A stretch of 56,880 nucleotides of DNA from NCBI GenBank assembly GCA_023334545.1, contig JAADVB010000110.1, forward strand, positions 1 to 56,880. Direction: 5' to 3'. The DNA is from Salisapilia sapeloensis CBS 127946. Its lineage: Eukaryota; Protista; Oomycota. Position 1 is the first letter of the stretch; each line of letters opens with the position of its first letter. A program made the position numbers and the translations under genes. Positions 52,645 to 56,880 of this stretch are shown piece after piece. The notes under the pieces were generated by a model. That model was not told the DNA's origin, ran no database searches, and saw nothing but the letters and a program-made list of their open reading frames with translations.

Positions 52645-52818
52645 CTGTTTAACATGTATCTCAAATCGATTCGATTGATGTATGCTTGGGCTGCTATCCA
52701 TCAATCATATCTATTGACACACTCTTTACAGTCGTACTCTGAACCTTTGTATCTTTTTAAGTAGAGTATTACTGTTGATAGACTGTACCAATAACAACAC
52801 GTAACTCTTTGACAGACA

Positions 52819-54972
52819 ATGCCACTTCGGAAGACGATGGAGACGTCTCACTTCATCCGTGCGCAGGAGCTTACTGAGCCGGATGCACCACCTTCATCGG
52901 ACTACATGAATGCTAGCCACAGCCTACGTCAATTAGCTAGTCGCCGTAAAGGTCTGTCGAATGGCTGGGGCAACAACAATTGCTTCCTAAACGTGATCTT
53001 ACAGTCGCTCTGGCATCTCCGTTCCTGTCGTACACTCATTACATCCGGCGACCATGCGCTCCATCATTTGAACGAAAGAAAGAAACATACTGACAAGCCT
53101 TGCTTGTTGTGTGAATTGGAGCAATTGTTCGTCCTGTACCAATTCGCGGAAGAACCGGTCTTGGACGTCGAAAGCGTCCGATTAGCTCTTAGCGACGTAT
53201 TCGATCTTGGAGATATGAACGATGCTACAGAAGCATTGGAAGCAATTCTTGATGCTTTACATGCCGATACATTTGACAGGATGCAGTATCTTCGAATGAA
53301 AGATCAGACACAGGATACGGATATGGCGAATGGACAGGCAGAAGATATCGTATGTGAACCTCAGTGTCTCGCACATCTGCTGTTTCAGATGAATCTGATG
53401 GAACTAAGTGTCTGTATCCACTGTGGAAATACGGGCGAGCCATTGATGAATACAGATTTTCTCTATCGAGTCTACGCACAAGAGATCCTCAGTATCGCTT
53501 CTGAGTTGCAAGAGAAGGATGGAGACGTGACGTGGGAACGTATTCTACAGACAGAAGCACAAGGTTTATCGACTATAAACGGAGCCATGACGACGACGTG
53601 TGAACGTTGTGAAGAGAAGAAGATGCAACGAGGCAAGTGGATCCTGACACTGCCCATGGTCTTTGCCGTAAGCGTCATCTGGTCGAGCGATATGGTGAAT
53701 AAGCGCGAGATTACGCACCTCATGGACCTCTTGACGACACAGACGAACGGTGTGAAGAAAGAGGACAAGCAGCAATTGGATTTACGCAAAGTGTTTCGTG
53801 TCCACGAGGACGAGCGGGAGACGCAGCAGAGTGTCTTCCCAGACTATACGTTCCGAGGTCTTGTCTGTTACTACGGTAGGCACTACGTCGGATTCTTTGC
53901 AAGTCACGATGAGAATGGTGGGGAAGAATGGTTTCTCTTTGACGACACGCGTGTAAAGAAGATTGGAGAGTGGTCTCAAGTCCGATTACGTGTGGAACGA
54001 GGAGGCTATCAGCCGACTCTTCTCTTCTACGAACGTAATGACATTCGTAAGAGTGAATTGGAACGAACGGCTCGTGACATTCATACGTGGTGGCAAGAGT
54101 CAAGTGAGACGAAAGAGATGGAGGATCTAGAAGATCCTGGTGTCTTGGTCGAACCTCCGAAAGTGCTGTCGAATGAAAAGAAAAAGGTACCAACAAGTCC
54201 TATCGCTACAGACACGAATGAATGGCAAGAACAAGAGAGTATCTATTCGATGATGCATGAAAAGGCACAGGATACCTTGTCGAAACTCAATGGCATTCTC
54301 TTCCGAACGGAAGATTCGAATGATACGTCGTCCTTTGATTATCTCCAAGCCAGTGTCGATATGCGTCGGACGATGAGTCAATCGATGCGGAAGAAGTCGA
54401 GTAAACGCGAGTACAGTTTCCATCGAAAACAAGTGGAAGAGTTGGATCCGATTGATACGGATGAGATCTTCCAAGACGTTGTCGATACGAATCTAAAGGA
54501 TGAAGAAGCGTATCATAAGCCCATAGGATCTACAGATACGAGTATGATGCAGTCGATGCGTGTGATAGCCAAGCAGCATGATCCGATCGAAACGTTTGAC
54601 GTCGAGTTGGACGTATCGGACGGAGGACTCGGTCTCGTCTTGGAAGATGAAAGTGTCCAAGTGAAAGGGAAGGACGTAAGGAAGATTGTTGTCCATGGGT
54701 TTGAACCGAATGGAGCGGGGAAAAAGCTCCCGGCGGAAGCGAGTGGACGTATACAAGTAGGCGACTGGGTTGCGAGTGTGAATGGGAAGATAGTAAATCA
54801 GTCGTCGACTGTGGATGTGATGGAGATGCTCGTGACGAGTGAGACGATGGTGCGACTGGGGATCGAAAGACGGTATCCTTGGGCATGTCCTGCCTGCACA
54901 CTAGTGAATGCTGCGGACAAGATGGTGTGTGAAGCATGTGAGCATGCACGAGCGTTGGAAGTATCCTTTTGA
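52819..54972 (+). CDS. USP53/54-like deubiquitinase with C-terminal PDZ and RanBP2/NZF zinc finger
   Basis: NNCFLNVILQSLWHL (Cys box), CYYGRHY (His), WFLFDD; PDZ (GGLGLVLE...GRIQVGDWVASVNG); NZF (WACPACTLVN...CEAC). Confidence 0.88.
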   Translation: MPLRKTMETSHFIRAQELTEPDAPPSSDYMNASHSLRQLASRRKGLSNGWGNNNCFLNVILQSLWHLRSCRTLITSGDHALHHLNERKKHTDKPCLLCELEQLFVLYQFAEEPVLDVESVRLALSDVFDLGDMNDATEALEAILDALHADTFDRMQYLRMKDQTQDTDMANGQAEDIVCEPQCLAHLLFQMNLMELSVCIHCGNTGEPLMNTDFLYRVYAQEILSIASELQEKDGDVTWERILQTEAQGLSTINGAMTTTCERCEEKKMQRGKWILTLPMVFAVSVIWSSDMVNKREITHLMDLLTTQTNGVKKEDKQQLDLRKVFRVHEDERETQQSVFPDYTFRGLVCYYGRHYVGFFASHDENGGEEWFLFDDTRVKKIGEWSQVRLRVERGGYQPTLLFYERNDIRKSELERTARDIHTWWQESSETKEMEDLEDPGVLVEPPKVLSNEKKKVPTSPIATDTNEWQEQESIYSMMHEKAQDTLSKLNGILFRTEDSNDTSSFDYLQASVDMRRTMSQSMRKKSSKREYSFHRKQVEELDPIDTDEIFQDVVDTNLKDEEAYHKPIGSTDTSMMQSMRVIAKQHDPIETFDVELDVSDGGLGLVLEDESVQVKGKDVRKIVVHGFEPNGAGKKLPAEASGRIQVGDWVASVNGKIVNQSSTVDVMEMLVTSETMVRLGIERRYPWACPACTLVNAADKMVCEACEHARALEVSF

Positions 54973-55059
54973 ACTTTGTAACGAATATATTTGAATGCTT
55001 TCGATTACTTTTACGTTTTATAAAAAAAGTTATTTATAAGTATCACATAAGAAGACGAG

Positions 55060-56397
55060 ATGGGGGATGAAGTGGATAAGCATGTCATGCGCAAGTATGA
55101 GCTCTTGCAAAAGCTTGGCAAGGGAGTATGTTGCTTAGAAGTATGTAGATGGAGAGAAGACTAAGTTTTGAATAGGCGTATGGGATTGTCTGGAAAGCGG
55201 TGGAGAAGAGTTCGAGACAAGTTGTTGCTTTGAAAAAGTGTTTTGATGCTTTCCGTAATTCGACGGATGCACAACGCACGTTTCGTGAAGTTATGTACTT
55301 GCAGGAACTTGGCAGTCATGCACATATTATTCGGCTTTTGAATGTTATTAAAGCAGATAATGATCGAGATATATACCTCGTCTTTGACTTTATGGGTAAA
55401 ATCGATGCGCATACTAGTAACAAATAGTGTCGTCATGCTTTGCGATGTTTAGAAACGGACTTGCATGCTGTCATACGTGCGAATATACTGGAAGAGATAC
55501 ACAAGAAGTATGTCACGTATCAGTTACTCAAGGCACTCAAGTACCTTCACTCGGCCGAACTACTGCATCGAGACATTAAGCCTAGCAATCTCTTACTTAA
55601 TGCAGACTGCCACACAAAGCTGTGTGACTTTGGACTATGTCGGTCCGTCGCGGATGCTGCAGAAGGTTCCTCGAATCTCCTAACTGACTATGTAGCAACA
55701 CGATGGTACCGAGCACCAGAGATCCTACTTGGTACATCAAATGAACTTTACAATCTCTATTTATTTTGTCACTCATATCATTTGCGATATACAGGAGCTA
55801 CGTCGTATACGAAGGCTGTGGATATGTGGGCTGTAGGATGTATAGTCGGAGAGATGACAATGGGAAGACCAGTCTTTCCAGGCACTTCGACAATGAACCA
55901 ACTAGAACGTATTTTGGAGGTTACTGGTATGCCGACTCGGGATGAAATAGACCAAACGAGCTCTCAATTCGCGGCAACCATGCTGGATTCGTTGACGAAT
56001 ATTGGTAGTAAGCCGAAGGACTTGAAGGATGTATTTCCAAAGGCACCACCGGAAGCCATTGATCTGATCAAGCAGTGCTTTTACGTAAGTCTTTTTCTCA
56101 TTAGCTACTTATAGAAGTTGTGTACTGATATCGTCAGGTCAGTTCAACCCATCGAAGCGTATCACGGTCGAAGATGCACTCCAGCATCCTTACGTCGCAG
56201 AGTTTCACAACATTAACGACGAACCGAAAGCTCCAGCTCCAATCCAGATCGTCGTTGATGACAATACAAAGTACTCTGCTGCGGACTATCGAGAACGATT
56301 GTACCGAGAGATCATCAAGAAGAAGAAAGAGGTTCGACGTCGGACTGTTGGTGCTTCAAAAGGAATGGAGGGAAATAGCGCTGCAGAAGAGAAATAA
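55060..56397 (+). CDS. MAPK15: MAPK15/ERK7-type atypical MAP kinase with TDY activation motif (5 exons)
   Basis: Introns 55126-55175, 55396-55452, 55732-55794 and 56085-56142. Motifs [36 protein letters not shown] and [13 protein letters not shown]. Confidence 0.94.
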
Positions 56398-56552
56398 ATA
56401 CCACCAATACTCGCTCCATCGAACAGTACGGATAGAAACATGACCATTGTCAAAAAGGAAATTCAATTTAAAAGCTAACTCTTTGCATAAATCTTGATCT
56501 CCGACACGAATGTGTACATGGTTTCCGGCGGAGATTGGCAAGTCAGCCCATC

Positions 56553-56880
56553 TTAAACAATAGGCACACATCCGGTGTTCAGGACACAGGCTTCGTTGAA
56601 GCCGCAGCACATCGCTTGCCCGACCGCGAACTCACACGGTCGATGTCCTCCTCGGACATGGGCGCAGACGGTGTCTCCTGCACTCAGCCGTCCTTCCTCC
56701 GTGTCGGAAAAGCGAATGACACGACGGTCCGGAAGCTTTGTCAACGGACGCTTCTCCGGCGTCGACGACTTGAATGACGTCGGAGTCGCCGAACCGCTCG
56801 ATGCGCGCGTCACCTCCGGCGTAGAAGCGTCGTCGCTGTCGTTCTCGTCCTCTGCGTTCGCCTCCACGAGCGGATCGATG
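56553..56880 (-). CDS. 3' fragment of a gene entering from beyond the window
   Basis: Frame is open to the window edge with GC-rich coding-like sequence, an S/T/acidic region and a Cys-rich tail; no identity. Confidence 0.45.
   Translation of the reverse strand, partial: IDPLVEANAEDENDSDDASTPEVTRASSGSATPTSFKSSTPEKRPLTKLPDRRVIRFSDTEEGRLSAGDTVCAHVRGGHRPCEFAVGQAMCCGFNEACVLNTGCVPIV

Noticed and set aside
1-56880. tRNA, rRNA, CRISPR arrays, inteins, telomeric or long tandem repeats
   Set aside because: None recognised by eye; tRNAscan-SE and Infernal would be needed to exclude small RNAs.

Overview
This is a gene-dense eukaryotic window, almost certainly from an oomycete (stramenopile). It has short 50-80 nt GT-AG introns, the oomycete INR+FPR core promoter upstream of several genes, short intergenic gaps and genes typical of flagellated cells; the species cannot be determined. 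I can support about 27 protein-coding genes: GT71 mannosyltransferase, two CAP-fold secreted proteins, ISWI with two HMG boxes, NADAR, an E(z)/EZH2-like H3K27 methyltransferase, ornithine decarboxylase, a multidomain PNGase, a CNBD protein, bZIP, DIS3L2, TFIIF-alpha, kinesin-3, a five-exon Tctex-1 missed by the ORF track, a TMEM237-like gene, APC7, a rhodanese sulfurtransferase, a USP53/54-like DUB and MAPK15/ERK7. There are also degraded Copia and Gypsy relics. The strongest lead is at 21569-23290: tandem C-x4-C-x9-C-x2-H zinc-finger repeats fused to HMA domains and a C-terminal motif matching the fungal Cuf1/Mac1 copper-sensing signature, a candidate oomycete copper sensor/regulator. Other leads are a UBL-MABP-PNGase-AZUL-LamG-jacalin-PUB protein and an ODC with a mitochondrial-type presequence behind an intron-containing leader with uORF potential. 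All family calls come from motifs recognised by eye; no database searches were run. No rRNA, tRNA or CRISPR was recognised.
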